A stretch of 40,770 nt of DNA. Source: Aduncisulcus paluster (taxonomy: Eukaryota). The DNA lies in NCBI GenBank assembly GCA_024181965.1, contig BQXS01012765.1:1-40770 (forward strand), given 5' to 3'. Positions 12,552 through 24,985 of this stretch are shown piece after piece. How positions within the stretch are numbered: the first letter of the stretch is position 1; each line of letters opens with the position of its first letter. The notes under the pieces were generated by a model, which worked only from the letters and a program-made list of their open reading frames with translations, ran no database searches and had not been told where the DNA came from. The position numbers and the translations under genes are program-made.

Positions 12552-13498
12552 TAATTTTCTTGGTCAATTATATATTTTTAATACGAAAAACAAAAATTAA
12601 TCCAAAAAAAGCAAAATGTAGCTTAAAATGTGACAAGAAGAAACCGATTTCACCTGTGGGTTAACCCAAAAATCAAATAAAAAATCCCTTGTAGAAAAAT
12701 AATATAATATTGACTTTTAACATAAATTAAGACATTTGATGTATTGTCTATTCAAAAAGCCGTCGTTTTTCACAATCTTGTTCATTATTCGCCAATTGCT
12801 TAACTTTTTGAAGAATATATTGTTATTATTTTTAAATAATGGAAGAACTTTTTGTTGAAAAGGAGGAAGAAAAGCTTGATCGTGCTTGCTCCCAGCGATG
12901 AAAAGGAAGAAATGTTTGTTTAAAAGAAAGTTCTGAAGAATTTTTAAAATCTGTACACTTTCCTCTACAGATTGATCCTCGTCTTTTCTGGATATTTCTT
13001 CGATGTCGAACAATATACAATCAAGAACACCTTTATCCTTATAGCTCCACCTTTCCATCTTCAATAAAACCTCATTAACAGGTGGAAGGGCTTCGTCCCA
13101 TGTCATTTTCCCCTTTTTATAAGAAGCGAGCAGCTTTTGCATATCTTTAGGGATCTGGCGATCAGACATTAATTTTCTTGGTCAATTATATATTTTTAAT
13201 ACGAAAAACAAAAATTAATCCAAAAAAAGCAAAATGTAGCTTAAAATGTGACAAGAAGAAACCGATTTCACCTGTGGGTTAACCCAAAAATCAAATAAAA
13301 AATCCCTTGTAGAAAAATAATATAATATTGACTTTTAACATAAATTAAGACATTTGATGTATTGTCTATTCAAAAAGCCGTCGTTTTTCACAATCTTGTT
13401 CATTATTCGCCAATTGCTTAACTTTTTGAAGAATATATTGTTATTATTTTTAAATAATGGAAGAACTTTTTGTTGAAAAGGAGGAAGAAAAGCTTGAT
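12263..13498. repeat. 618-bp tandem duplication without an N gap, covering two divergent gene starts
   Basis: 12263-12880 = 12881-13498; junction AAGCTTGAT|CGTGCTTG. Confidence 0.9.
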
Positions 13499-14239
13499 CA
13501 TTTTAAAACAAAGGAATTAAGAAAAGAATTTGGTGAACTCAATCCACAAATTGAAAAAGATATGTTCCGATCATATTCTTCTGTTTCATTATTGGAAAGT
13601 TACTGTGAGAAGTTTTTTGCACTCCTTTCAAAAATTGAAGAAGGATATGAAGTTGAGTTCCTCCGAATGTTAAGGCATTCAAAAATGCTAATATGGTTCA
13701 TTATGTTGAGTGACACTAAGTTCAGTGATTCAAAAATAATTCAAGATACCTTTGAATTAGGTAAATCCTTTATTCCTGGTACCCTTTTAACTGTGTTTGA
13801 ATTACTTCAATTGCTGGATATTGGTCAATATTTTGACGCTATTACTTTTAAACCTACCGCCGCCACAAAGGTCAAAAAACAAATTATCAAAAAACCAATT
13901 ATTAGAAAAGATGGAGAAAAAGATAGTGCTCTCTTGAAAGAGGAAGAAGATCTCTTTCATTTATCAAATACTGATGAGGGTCTTCGAAAGAAGGCTATTC
14001 GTTCCGAGTGGACACGGATTTTATCTCATTTTTCTGAGATTGTACAGAAATTTTGTACTGTTTCTACTCTGGAAACCATTGATACTATGTGTTGGAGGTG
14101 TCATGCACATCCTATTGAAGTTTTGATGATGCCTTGCCAACATCTTTGTTTGTGTACTCAATGTGCGGAGGATGATACGACTAAAAGCTGCCCCGTGTGC
14201 GGAAAACATTCCAAATCAACAATTAAAATTTATTTCTAA
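13457..14239 (+). CDS. C-terminal C3HC4-type RING finger protein (putative E3 ligase)
   Basis: CWRC-x11-PCQHLCLCTQC-x8-CPVC at the C-terminus, of the IAP/MGRN-like RING type. Confidence 0.85.
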   Translation: MEELFVEKEEEKLDHFKTKELRKEFGELNPQIEKDMFRSYSSVSLLESYCEKFFALLSKIEEGYEVEFLRMLRHSKMLIWFIMLSDTKFSDSKIIQDTFELGKSFIPGTLLTVFELLQLLDIGQYFDAITFKPTAATKVKKQIIKKPIIRKDGEKDSALLKEEEDLFHLSNTDEGLRKKAIRSEWTRILSHFSEIVQKFCTVSTLETIDTMCWRCHAHPIEVLMMPCQHLCLCTQCAEDDTTKSCPVCGKHSKSTIKIYF

Positions 14240-14788
14240 TCACTACTAAAATCGGTTTCAAAAACAATTGAGGAATACATGGAGATGTTTGGATACCCAA
14301 TGCTATATATGATTGTTTTTGTTATTATCTCTTTTTCGCTTTCTGTCAGGCTGATATCAAATCTACCAATGGTAGACAACCATATGTGCTTATGAACAGT
14401 TCAGTATTGTTCAATATAGTGCAGCACAACATAGATTGAAGAATGATATCATGTTATTGGGTGAAATCAATTGACTCTATAGTGGTGGTGGTCTTTTCGA
14501 GGTTCGATTTCACACACACAAGTTTTCACTCTAGATGTACTGGGTTCATCGCTGATTCTATAATCTAAAACCATTAATATTATACAAACAAATAGAAATG
14601 GGCATGTGGGGTTTATATTGGTTCTTCATTATCTATCTTTAGATTTTCCACTTTCTTTCATCTTCAAAAGTGGTTAATACCATTCCAATATTTATTTTAA
14701 ATAAATTTATTTGTTTATCTGCCAATTTTGCTTTCAAATTATTTGATCTTCTTGATTGTGACCCACAATCCAAAATCGAAATTATCGC

Positions 14789-17700
14789 GTGGTTTTGGAC
14801 ACACTCAATCTCTTTATCATGGAAAAGGTATCTGAATTGTTGAATGAATTAAAGAAATACAATTTTGATGGTGACATTGAATCATCATTAGCATCTGGTA
14901 TTTTGGATTTGTCCCGAGTGAAATTTAGTGAAGGTGTCGTAGTTAATATATTATTGCCACTTTTGAAGAAGAAATATTTTAAGGTTAATATTTTTCAACT
15001 GATTTTACCCGAATCTCTCCATGAAAAACAAAAATGTATGCCCCCATGCTCTGCATTTGATAATAATGGTCGCAGAATCCATTCAATATTCCCTAGCTTC
15101 CATCATGCGCCTTCTTTAACAACCTTGTTTGATGTAATTATTCAACTCTGTGAAATACGATACAGAGCTATTAAACGCAAGTATTATCCAAAAGTATCCC
15201 CAAAAGCACCCCCAAAAAAATCAAAAGATAAATCTAAAAAGGAAATTGTCCGGAAACTTCCTGTTTTTTCCTTTTCTAGCTCTCATCGAGTTTTCGGATT
15301 CTTCATCGATCATTATGATGGTACTCCAAAGAAATTCCGTTCATTTATTGATTTTCTTTTAAAAGTTCAATCAAATATCCTTCTTAAACATGTGTCTAAA
15401 GCTGGTAATTTTTCGACCTGGGCTCCTTCTGATCGTGTTGAATTACAACGTGATACTGAGGTTTTTGTGCCATATCGTGATGCTATTCCCATTGGACGTC
15501 CTTGTGTACATAAGTATCCACTGTATTATGCCTTAATTAGCTTGTATCGGGCTGGAGAATCCGGTATTAAATTCTGGAGCGGTGATTTGTTTCCTCGTCA
15601 CGAAGGTGAAATGGTTCAGGTTATTAGAAATAACAAGACAGAACTCGATTATTCCCCAGGTTTCCCCTGTATTCCCGTATCTGAATCCCCCCTGATGGAT
15701 GGGATGGAAACTTGCATACTAACTCATATCGACAAGGTAATCATTCCTCAAAACATTGATTTTCATATGTACGAAGCTATTTATAGCTCACTGATTCTCC
15801 TTGGAGTTTCTCAATGGAATCTTCTTGAATGTCTCTCAAGGGAATGGGATATCAGAGCTAAACACAACATGCAAGCCATGTCTCTTCCCCTCTGCTTCTT
15901 CCAAGGAACTTCTGCACATCTTCGAGATGAGGGTGTTGATACAGATATTGATCCAACTGATGTTGAAGATAGCCAGACATCTGTGGCTCTCGATGGAAGA
16001 GATGGTCGGCGTCATGATTCTTCTTCTCCTTCTTCATCTTTCGAAGCAGACGATTCTTTGCACAAACCAACCCAACCTCTCTCGGAATACGCCTCAAACT
16101 TCAAGACATGCTCAATTTCTCCTGTTTTCCAGGGTATTCATAATGTGTCTATACTGATTGACTCTATCTTGACTTTCCAAAGGATTCAGTCTGGGCATGA
16201 AGATGATGTCTTGAAGCTCATTTTAGAGCATGACAAGTCCCATTTAGTTCTCTGTCTGCCTGATTCTGACTATAAGTCTGGTAAGCTCTCTTTGTTGCCA
16301 CATCTCCGAATGGATCTCCCTTTCCTCTCTCCTCCTCTGAATGTTAACATTGTTAATTCTCTCATCAAACTTAAAGAATGGTATATCCACGAAGATGAGA
16401 GGATGGGTGAAATGGCACATTCCTTGAGTGAAGCTTATGACAATGATGAGGCAAGATGGGAGATCTGGGAGAAAGAATATGAGTGTTTCAAGGATGTTCC
16501 TATTTACGAGTTTGAAGATTGTTTGTCTTTGTGTGGTATGAACAGCGATTGGTCTTGTTCTTGGATGAGAGGAGGGCAAGAGTCTTCATTGATGCGTGAA
16601 CTGTTCATCCCAATCCTTATTTCTAAGGCTGGGACGCGTCGTGGTGATCCCTCAGATGGATGCAACTGTTCCAGTTCGAAACCATGTTCTTCCATTCACC
16701 TGAATGATTCCCAACTCTCCTCGCTTTCCTTCCTTCGTAGCCCTGGGCTGTGCAGATATTTGTATATATCTTTTATTTGTTCTGATGTGTACACGAATTA
16801 CCTTCCTATCCCTGATATTCAGACGAAAAAAACAGTGTGGATGGTCAATCATTTTCTTATGAAACAACTCAGGTCACCAGTTGCTGTCGAAAAGGGATTC
16901 ATTGGCGAGCATCGTTTGACTCTCTCAATGGAAGGCATTTCATCGCTTGAGAATTTCAACCTTCTCTTCTTCAAACTGTTTAAACAACCATTCACCAGTA
17001 TGGTGTTTGATATCCGAAAGTCATGTTTCTCCTTTGACGAGTTCTTGCAGCTCATCTTTCATATCCATAACCTTGGACACACATTATGTTCATTGTCTTT
17101 TGTTGACATTTGTGTCCAAGATACGCACACTCATCTGGCCTCAGTGTCTTCAAAACTAGAGAGGGCTTTCGATTCTGAATGTTTTGAAAAGTTCAATATA
17201 TCTGATTGTGTCTGTACTTGTTCTCTTTCTCCTCTCACCAAAATCCTTAGCTCGATGGCTTACACCAAGTTGTCTCCTAAGTTTTCTGAATTTACATTCG
17301 AAAATGTCACAACTGGAGTGAAAAAGGATGATATCAGCGTTGGATTGATATTGTGTATTGATGTTCTGAGAGATAGACGTATAATGCCAAAAATAGAAAT
17401 TGAGGTTAAGAAACCGGTATCGAAAAAGAACAAGAAAGAGAACGAGGGAAGAAGAAGAGAACGAGGAGGATGAGGAGAAAAATGAAGAGGAAGAAGAGGC
17501 AAAGGGAAAAGGAGATGGAGAAGAAGAGGAGGAAGAAGAGGAAGAGGAAGAGGAAGAAGAGGAAGATGAAGAAGAGGAAAGTGGAAAAGATGATGAAAAG
17601 GAAGAAGAGGAAGAAGAAGTGGTTGAAGATCAACCCAAGGAAGAGGAACAATTGGAAGGTATCGAGGGTGCTGAAGATGATGCTGTTGAGGTTATTCCTG

Positions 17701-18023
17701 AGCCTTTGAAATGTACTCAAGTTGGTCCTATCACAAACGTTAATTTGAGTGGTGTATTCTTAGTTTCTGAGGCCATCGCTGCCATATCCGAGTGGATTGA
17801 GTCCACTGAGAACCCTATTAAATCACTATCATTGAAAAATCTATCATCTCTTCAGAAAGAGAAAGATTATCAGCGGAACATGACTGAGGAGGAAGAAGAA
17901 GTGAGGAGACGTATTGAATCTAACAATATATCGGGTGTATTGGAACAATTAGCGGCATTAATGGATCAAGCACGTATTGGAGAATGGGAATCTGCCCTCC
18001 ACATCGATGAATTACCTAGATAA
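14789..18023 (+). CDS. large hypothetical protein with acidic tract and possible LRR-like C-terminal part; frameshift near 17447
   Basis: The 894-aa ORF (first ATG at 14819) continues into 17400..18023 if one G of GGG at 17446-17448 is removed (KKENE-EEEENEEDEE). Confidence 0.65.
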
Positions 18024-18553
18024 ATTCTATTTCCCTTTTCTTCCTGTAATATCCTCTTATTCTTTATCTTTTTTTAAGAGTTTGTCGATATATTATCAAA
18101 TTTTGATAAAAATATGTGATTTTTAATAAAATTAAGCCATTTGTTGGAAACTTCAAGTTTAACAAAAGTTTTGAAATATAATCAATAATCACTATATATC
18201 CGATGATTATAATCTTGAAGATATGGCTTATTAATTGATGTTTTTGGAAGAATAAACCCAATGGGCATGTGATTTAAAGCGAAAAATGATGACATGGTTT
18301 TACAGTGTATCTAGAAGGTTATTCCAGTAAATATGTTTCAAACAATTTTTTTATTTCATATAGAAATTTATTTTATATGTTATCGAGTGTCAATTATTAT
18401 TATCCCTAGACAACTACGAGAATTTCTCGTCGAGAAAGCCTTTCTTCGATTTGAAATCGCTTTTTTTCGTGGTGTCTTTTTTTGACTGTATTTCAGATAT
18501 TTGTTTCGGAATTGTATCGTATTTTTTTATTAATTTGACTTAAATTATTCTGG

Positions 18554-20551
18554 ATGAGTCATGCTCCGACAAATATTGTTTGGAACAAGTCAGATAGTCT
18601 TCATTTGGTGAATCATTTGGCTATGGGAAATTCTATTCATACCATTCATTCAAAAAATCTTTTTTCTTTTGAATTTTCTGAAGATGACATTCTTTTTCAA
18701 ATATTTCAACTCATGTATTATCCTTTCCATCCTCATCGGCATCGAGATTTTAATTCTGCATTTTATGTCCTTCCAAAGTATATTGATGAAATATTGGATG
18801 ATTCAAAGGATATTGATGAAGAATTTGAAGTTCTTTCGCATGATGAAGGGATTTCTCTTGTTGTGTCTGAGGGTAAGATATTTGAAAAATCTCGATCTTC
18901 ATTTCTTCAAAAGCATTTTGACGCCAAAAGTCATTCATATCTTCCTCATATTATGTGTCAGATTCGTGTCCCGATGCCTGATATTCTTTCTCAAACAATT
19001 GTTGATTTTATCAAATTAATGGATGCCAATTTGATCAAATTTCCCTTCTCTTCAACGGCTCCAATATCATCATATATCAAATCACTTATATTGTGGGGAA
19101 TTAAACGATGTAATATTGCTTCAATTACTTCTCCTTCTTTCTTTGAAGCTGTTGAGAAAATATATTATGAACACGCGGGAAAAGAGCCGTCAACATTAAA
19201 TGACGATGGAATTCCACATAATTTTGTTTCTCAAGATGATTTTTATCACTTGTGCAGTGTTTATTCGAAATATTCTCTCCAAAAAGCCAGAGATTATTCA
19301 TCCATTTCGAAAGAATTATTCCTTCATAATTATCTGCTTTCTGGATCATTATCACATGTCTTTGTGAATGTTTGGAAACATAGAATACATCGATCTGCAA
19401 TCGATGTTGCCTCGACTAGTTCTGATTTTAAGTCCAGGGAATCTCTCGTCATCCCTCCAAAGTGCAATATTCCAAACCAAACAAGTATTGAACTCCACGC
19501 TCTTTCCAGTCTCTCGCAGCATCTGAGTGTTCGTCCAGATACTTTGGTGAAATATGTTTTTGCAAGCTCTGAGAAACACTCCACTGAAAAACAACAGTTT
19601 TCTCTTAAATCTCATTCTCCAACTCCCATCTCGACAAATGCCCGATTTGTTGAGCTTATTGCTCCCTTTTCTGTTTATCCCTTCTTCCATGAACTAATAT
19701 CAATGTGTAAATATCTTCAATTCTCTTATTTTCTCTGCAAGGATTCATTTTCAGCTACCTCTTATTTATCTTCTGTTTCTTCTCCAAAGACTCATCGAAT
19801 GAGTTTAAAGGAGTCTCATGGAAAGCGAAGAACATGTTTCACTCCTTTCTTATCGATTCCTATTGAAATGTGCATGATAACAAATGGACAATATTATACT
19901 TTCCCCATTGCTACTTCTCCTCTAAATTCCTCTTCTCACTGTCATAGATACGACAAAGATGAAGAGGAGGCTTCGATATCGAAAGAAGATGAAACTGATG
20001 TGTTTAGAGTTGATAGCGACAAGTGGAGATGTCAGCTTTCATCTATGATCCAACCAGATACTAAATTTGAACATTTTTCTGGCTCTATAGTTGATGCTCG
20101 AGGCAATACACATTCACATTCACATTCATATCCATATATACACCAATATATTGCTGATGTGGATCCCTGTCTTGTGTATAACATCAGAAAGGTATCATTT
20201 GAGGAAATAAGTCGTTTTGTTTCAAGAGAGAAGTCTGAAGAGGGAGCATTCACAACTTTCAGACAGCCGGATGATCTGATAGACAAATATGTTAGCGGAG
20301 AGAGAAAAAGTATTCATGAAAAATCCTCACAATCTTTGGTAGAATCGATGCCAGATTGGTGTGAAGATTCTGTTTTGTTATCTCTTTCTCATGCTCCAGG
20401 ATGTTCATTCCCTCATGTTACTGTTTACCATTCCGATACTGTTACTGTGAGTTCTAAGCCCTTTACAATCATTATTCCGTTTAATAGTCTTCTGGTGGTC
20501 ACCATTGAAGGTCGTTCTCTGATTGATTCGGTGTTTTATCTCAAAGGATAG
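18554..20551 (+). CDS. hypothetical protein, 665 aa
   Basis: Long ATG-initiated ORF; no family recognised. Confidence 0.7.
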   Translation: MSHAPTNIVWNKSDSLHLVNHLAMGNSIHTIHSKNLFSFEFSEDDILFQIFQLMYYPFHPHRHRDFNSAFYVLPKYIDEILDDSKDIDEEFEVLSHDEGISLVVSEGKIFEKSRSSFLQKHFDAKSHSYLPHIMCQIRVPMPDILSQTIVDFIKLMDANLIKFPFSSTAPISSYIKSLILWGIKRCNIASITSPSFFEAVEKIYYEHAGKEPSTLNDDGIPHNFVSQDDFYHLCSVYSKYSLQKARDYSSISKELFLHNYLLSGSLSHVFVNVWKHRIHRSAIDVASTSSDFKSRESLVIPPKCNIPNQTSIELHALSSLSQHLSVRPDTLVKYVFASSEKHSTEKQQFSLKSHSPTPISTNARFVELIAPFSVYPFFHELISMCKYLQFSYFLCKDSFSATSYLSSVSSPKTHRMSLKESHGKRRTCFTPFLSIPIEMCMITNGQYYTFPIATSPLNSSSHCHRYDKDEEEASISKEDETDVFRVDSDKWRCQLSSMIQPDTKFEHFSGSIVDARGNTHSHSHSYPYIHQYIADVDPCLVYNIRKVSFEEISRFVSREKSEEGAFTTFRQPDDLIDKYVSGERKSIHEKSSQSLVESMPDWCEDSVLLSLSHAPGCSFPHVTVYHSDTVTVSSKPFTIIIPFNSLLVVTIEGRSLIDSVFYLKG

Positions 20552-21072
20552 ATTCAAACCTCCATCTGGAAAAGGTTTAGGTGCGGTAGCTCTATTCACA
20601 TATGTGATTTATTTATGGCTTATAGTTTTGGGATTGATCGCAGATTTGCTTGAATATATAATTAGACTTGTTGTTAACGTTGTTACATTTGCCAGCATCC
20701 AACAGGACAAAGTGATAAGGGAGGAGTATCAGCCCCAATTAAAAGCATTTCTAAAGGATATAAGGGAGATCAGCAGCAACAACAAGAATCGAGGCATCAC
20801 GCTGGCCCTTTCACATATGTAGGGAAAATGGAGTAGAATTAGATGATGGCATGTACATCTCATTTTATTTGCCACCATCAGGTATGAACTGGGGTCTACC
20901 TTTGAGGGATAACCTAGATACTCATTGTGAGTGAGAGGGGACCTCATTGGAAAGCCTTTGTTGATAATCATTGTTTATTTGATAACAAACTGTCTAATAA
21001 CTCTGTTTTCTCAAAATAGACATCAGATTCTGATGCATCAGACCTAGAGAGAGACTAATATTACAACAACAT

Positions 21073-22021
21073 TTACAACTTGAGCTGTTGCATCAAAATG
21101 ACAGCAGAGAGAGTCTTGGCATCGGAAGTGAGTTTCACAATATCCTTCAATGGAACAACCTCGAGCCAAATGTGTTCGTGGGTTCCTTCTTCACCATGGA
21201 CTTGCCCTTGGAGCTCCATGATTTTTTCATGACTAAGACTGTGCTTTGTGAAGTATAAACGAATAAATTCATCACAGAGTCCAACAGATGGATACATTCC
21301 AGGAAAAGCATCGCCGTACATCATTTCTGTCATGTCGATCAACTTATCCGCAGTGATAACAAGACCCATCTCCTCTTCAAGCTCCTTGCAGGCAACACTC
21401 TTAAAGTTTCCACTGCCATCCAGCATACCAGCAGGGATCTCTGGGAAATCAACAGCTCCAATGGGTACCCTTGCCTGTCTTGTGAGAACAGAGTAGAGGG
21501 TTCCATCATTCTTATCCTCAATAACAACTAACACAGCAACGGCGCCACCTCTTAGCATGACAATACCAGGAACATATTTATCGGCACGTTTAGAATATAT
21601 TTTGGACTTTAATTTCATAAAAAGAATCCTTCTTTTGCCATTTGGCAAAGGAATAAAATCAATGGATTGAAAATCGACTTGGTGAAGAACTAGATCAGCA
21701 TGAAGGGATTCTAGCCATTGTTTGAATGGAATAAATGACAAGGCATCCTCCAAATCATCGGAATGTTCAATGACAACCGGTATTTCTTTACCTCTGAACT
21801 TGAAAATAGAAGATAAAATGGATTAAAATCAATAAAAATAACAAATTTGTGATTTAATCGGGATAATAATTTAAAATAAAGTAAAAATATTCATGAAATA
21901 CACAGATCAGAATATTCGAACAATAGAAACAGAAATGAGATAAAAAAAAGTAAAATTCCCTAAATAGAGGATCTTATTGAGAATATCAAGGCAAATAACA
22001 ACATACTGTGAATGATGGCAT
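21073..22021 (-). CDS. Nudix hydrolase (ADP-sugar pyrophosphatase-like), 2 exons: 22021-22007 and 21798-21073
   Basis: Nudix box GMLDGSGNFKSVACKELEEEMGL plus YPSVGLCDE and DAKTL. A phase-0 intron GTATGT...TTTCAAG (21799-22006) joins MPSFT to FRGKEIPV in frame. Confidence 0.9.
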
Positions 22022-22052
22022 ATTATGTCTCGTCAAATCCCGATTTGAACGC

Positions 22053-23169
22053 ATGGAAGGAATTGCTGAAAAAATATTAGTGAATGAAGAGATTAAATCT
22101 CTTTCTTCGGAAATGAAGGGGCTTTTTGTATGTTTTATTGATAATTCGTTTGTCTTTTCCAAGCCATAGTAATATTGACTGTTCTATGTCTTATTGCAAT
22201 ACTCTTCTTATTATTTTTATCATTATTTTAATTCTTTCCGCTCTTATTATATTTAGCCCGATCTTAAAATTCCTCATGATAGGATAGCTCACGAACTTAT
22301 GTCAATCGTATTCATATTGGATGGAGAGAATGAAAAGGCTGAAAAGGAGATAAAACATGTTTTTAATTCAATGATGAAAAGGGAACCATCTACAAAATTA
22401 TCCAAAGTCTTTTGGAATTCTTCTCTTCTCCATCTTCTTGTAGTTGATGATTTTTCAACATATTTTTCAATATTATCATCAATTCCCCCATTATTGTTAA
22501 AGGAATCCCCCGAATTTGCCGATTTACCTCTCATATTACCCTTAGAATCATGCATGGCCCAAGGTTTGCTTGACAAATGCCAAGCTCAATTGGCTATCCT
22601 TAACAAGCATGAAACTGGTGGAAAATTTATTATGGATATCCTTTTAAAACGTTTCCATCGTCAGATGATTCAAAAAATGACTGAAGCTATACTTGTTTCC
22701 ACCAAAGATCATAGCATCCCTCTCTCTGTTCTTCTTTCTGATGATTNNNNNNNNNNNNNNNNNNNNAAAGGAATCCCCCGAATTTGCCGATTTACCTCTC
22801 ATATTACCCTTAGAATCATGCATGGCCCAAGGTTTGCTTGACAAATGCCAAGCTCAATTGGCTATCCTTAACAAGCATGAAACTGGTGGAAAATTTATTA
22901 TGGATATCCTTTTAAAACGTTTCCATCGTCAGATGATTCAAAAAATGACTGAAGCTATACTTGTTTCCACCAAAGATCATAGCATCCCTCTCTCTGTTCT
23001 TCTTTCTGATGATTCCATCTCACGTGAAGACATTCAATTAAAAGAATCGTGGTGTATCGAGGATGATTGTGTTAGATTGAAGGAAAAAATCGTTGGAGAC
23101 ACAATTAGTGCCGAAGAACTCCTCCTTGATGCTGCTGATGCTATTCGCGATCTGAAAGAAGTCGTGTAG
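22053..23169 (+). CDS. RPN12: 26S proteasome lid subunit Rpn12/PSMD8-like, ~239 aa, intron 22128-22256
   Basis: LLHLL..LPLESCMAQG..KFIMDILL..ISAEELL..AIRDLKEVV* parallels Rpn12 (LLFLL..LEQYLMEG..FFIDILL..IPSTELA..ARQLEMIV*). GTATGT..TTTAG intron is in frame; the 268-bp gap duplication is removed. Confidence 0.75.
22499..23014. repeat. 248-bp duplication flanking a 20-N gap (artefact)
   Basis: 22499-22746 = 22767-23014; Ns at 22747-22766. Confidence 0.9.
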
Positions 23170-23370
23170 ACACATAGAAATAAACTATTAAATTTTTAAA
23201 AAAAATTATTTTTAATATAGCGGATTTTATTTAATATTTCAAAGAAACATGCCACTTTTAATTCTATTCTAGGTGCATAGATTGAAATCGTCGTTTTCTC
23301 TGAATTGGAAATCTATTCAACTTATTCATTTTGTTAAATCTTTATTTTCAATTATATTACGGGTGAAGAT

Positions 23371-24877
23371 ATGCAGAGCACTACTCCTTACCAAAAGGAA
23401 GCAGAGATAATAAGTGATCCACTTCGTGAAGCATGGGATACCTTTTTTTCGCATCAGAAAATAACTGGATACAATGATAGACATCATTTATATTCTATTA
23501 TACCAGAAATATTCCCAATTCCTATTCATAAATCCACTTTAGATGTTGTATGTCAAAAATATGTTTGTCATTGTGGTAATACTTTTGATATTGAAAAAAA
23601 AGAAACAATTCACTCTATCACATGTCCAAAATGTGGGTGGAATGTTGCTTACGAAGGGAAGTTTGATCCAAAGGCTTTGGCAGGTGTGAAGAAAAAATTC
23701 TTATCTTTCCCCTTCGCCCCCTTTCTTCCCTTTTCAATGGATGAGCTTGCCCAACTCGAGCATGGATATCCAGTGACGGCAGTTTCTTCTCCATCATCTT
23801 CTTCTTGTTCGCATTCTCGCTCCCATGCATATGTTCTCGATTTGGGCTGTGGTGTGGGGAATACTTCCTTCCCTCTCCACGAAAAAACGGGGAAAATATT
23901 TTGCACGATGATCGATTGGAGTGTTGAAAGTATTGAGGTTGTCAGGAGAAGACCAAGATACGATGATTCGAGGATGTTCGCCATCAGCAGTGATGCTACT
24001 TTGGGGGAACAAATGAAAATGAAAATAATCAACGAAAGAAAAAGGCGTATTGAAGAAGCAACAAAAATAGATATTGCTCTAGCAATTGAGAAACAAGGAA
24101 ATCCTTCATGTGAAGAAGAGAAGAAGGAAAAGGATATCACCACAAATCATGATCAACCAGATATTGAAATAACATTGCCGGAAATAGAAAAAGAATCCAT
24201 AACACTCGGTGGAAAACGAAGAATATCGTCATCAATTGACAGTGGGGATGATGTCATGAAGTCTTCTTCTGTTGATGGTCCTTTGGAAGTGGTTCCATCC
24301 ATTACATCAAAACCTGGTACAATTTCCCCCANNNNNNNNNNNNNNNNNNNNGGAAATAGAAAAAGAATCCATAACACTCGGTGGAAAACGAAGAATATCG
24401 TCATCAATTGACAGTGGGGATGATGTCATGAAGTCTTCTTCTGTTGATGGTCCTTTGGAAGTGGTTCCATCCATTACATCAAAACCTGGTACAATTTCCC
24501 CCATTCTTCCACCATTGATGCATGACTACTCACTATCTATCTTCCTCTATTCTGCATTACCTCCAGAGAAACATGCCTCTCTTCTGTCCTCCTCTTTGAT
24601 GCTTGTACAAAGCCTTGGAACAATAGTCATATATGATTATGCATGGGGAGATATGAGATCATCCAAATTCGGAGCAAAAGAACCTAATTCAAGCATTACA
24701 AGAAAGGATGGAACATTGGTCTGTTTCTTCACAAAATCATATTTTCAAGAGCTCATCAAGAAAGTTGGAGGTTGTAAGATTGAAGAGTGTACATTGAGAG
24801 AGAGTGTAGGAAAGAATAGGAAAACAGGAGTGGAAATGATTCGAAAATTCATATTGGTCAAAATAAAAGCAATTTAA
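23371..24877 (+). CDS. tRNA N3-methylcytidine methyltransferase-like (METTL2/METTL6/Trm140 family), ~444 aa
   Basis: WDTFF..YNDRHHL, SAM motif VLDLGCGVGNTSFPL, YDYAWGDM..KF and RKDGTLVCFFT. Single frame after removing the 172-bp gap duplication. Confidence 0.85.
24180..24503. repeat. 152-bp duplication flanking a 20-N gap (artefact)
   Basis: 24180-24331 = 24352-24503; Ns at 24332-24351. Confidence 0.9.
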
Positions 24878-24985
24878 TGATATTAATCATTTTTGTGGTC
24901 CGTATTTTTCATGATAATGCGAATAATTAATCCTATTGATGAAATAATATCTCGGTGTCACTAGAGTAGTGTTTTCGCTCCCAAA

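Noticed and set aside
12717-13169. 150-aa ORF identical to the RME-8-like N-terminus
   Set aside because: Product of the 618-bp tandem duplication; it runs into antisense and intergenic sequence.
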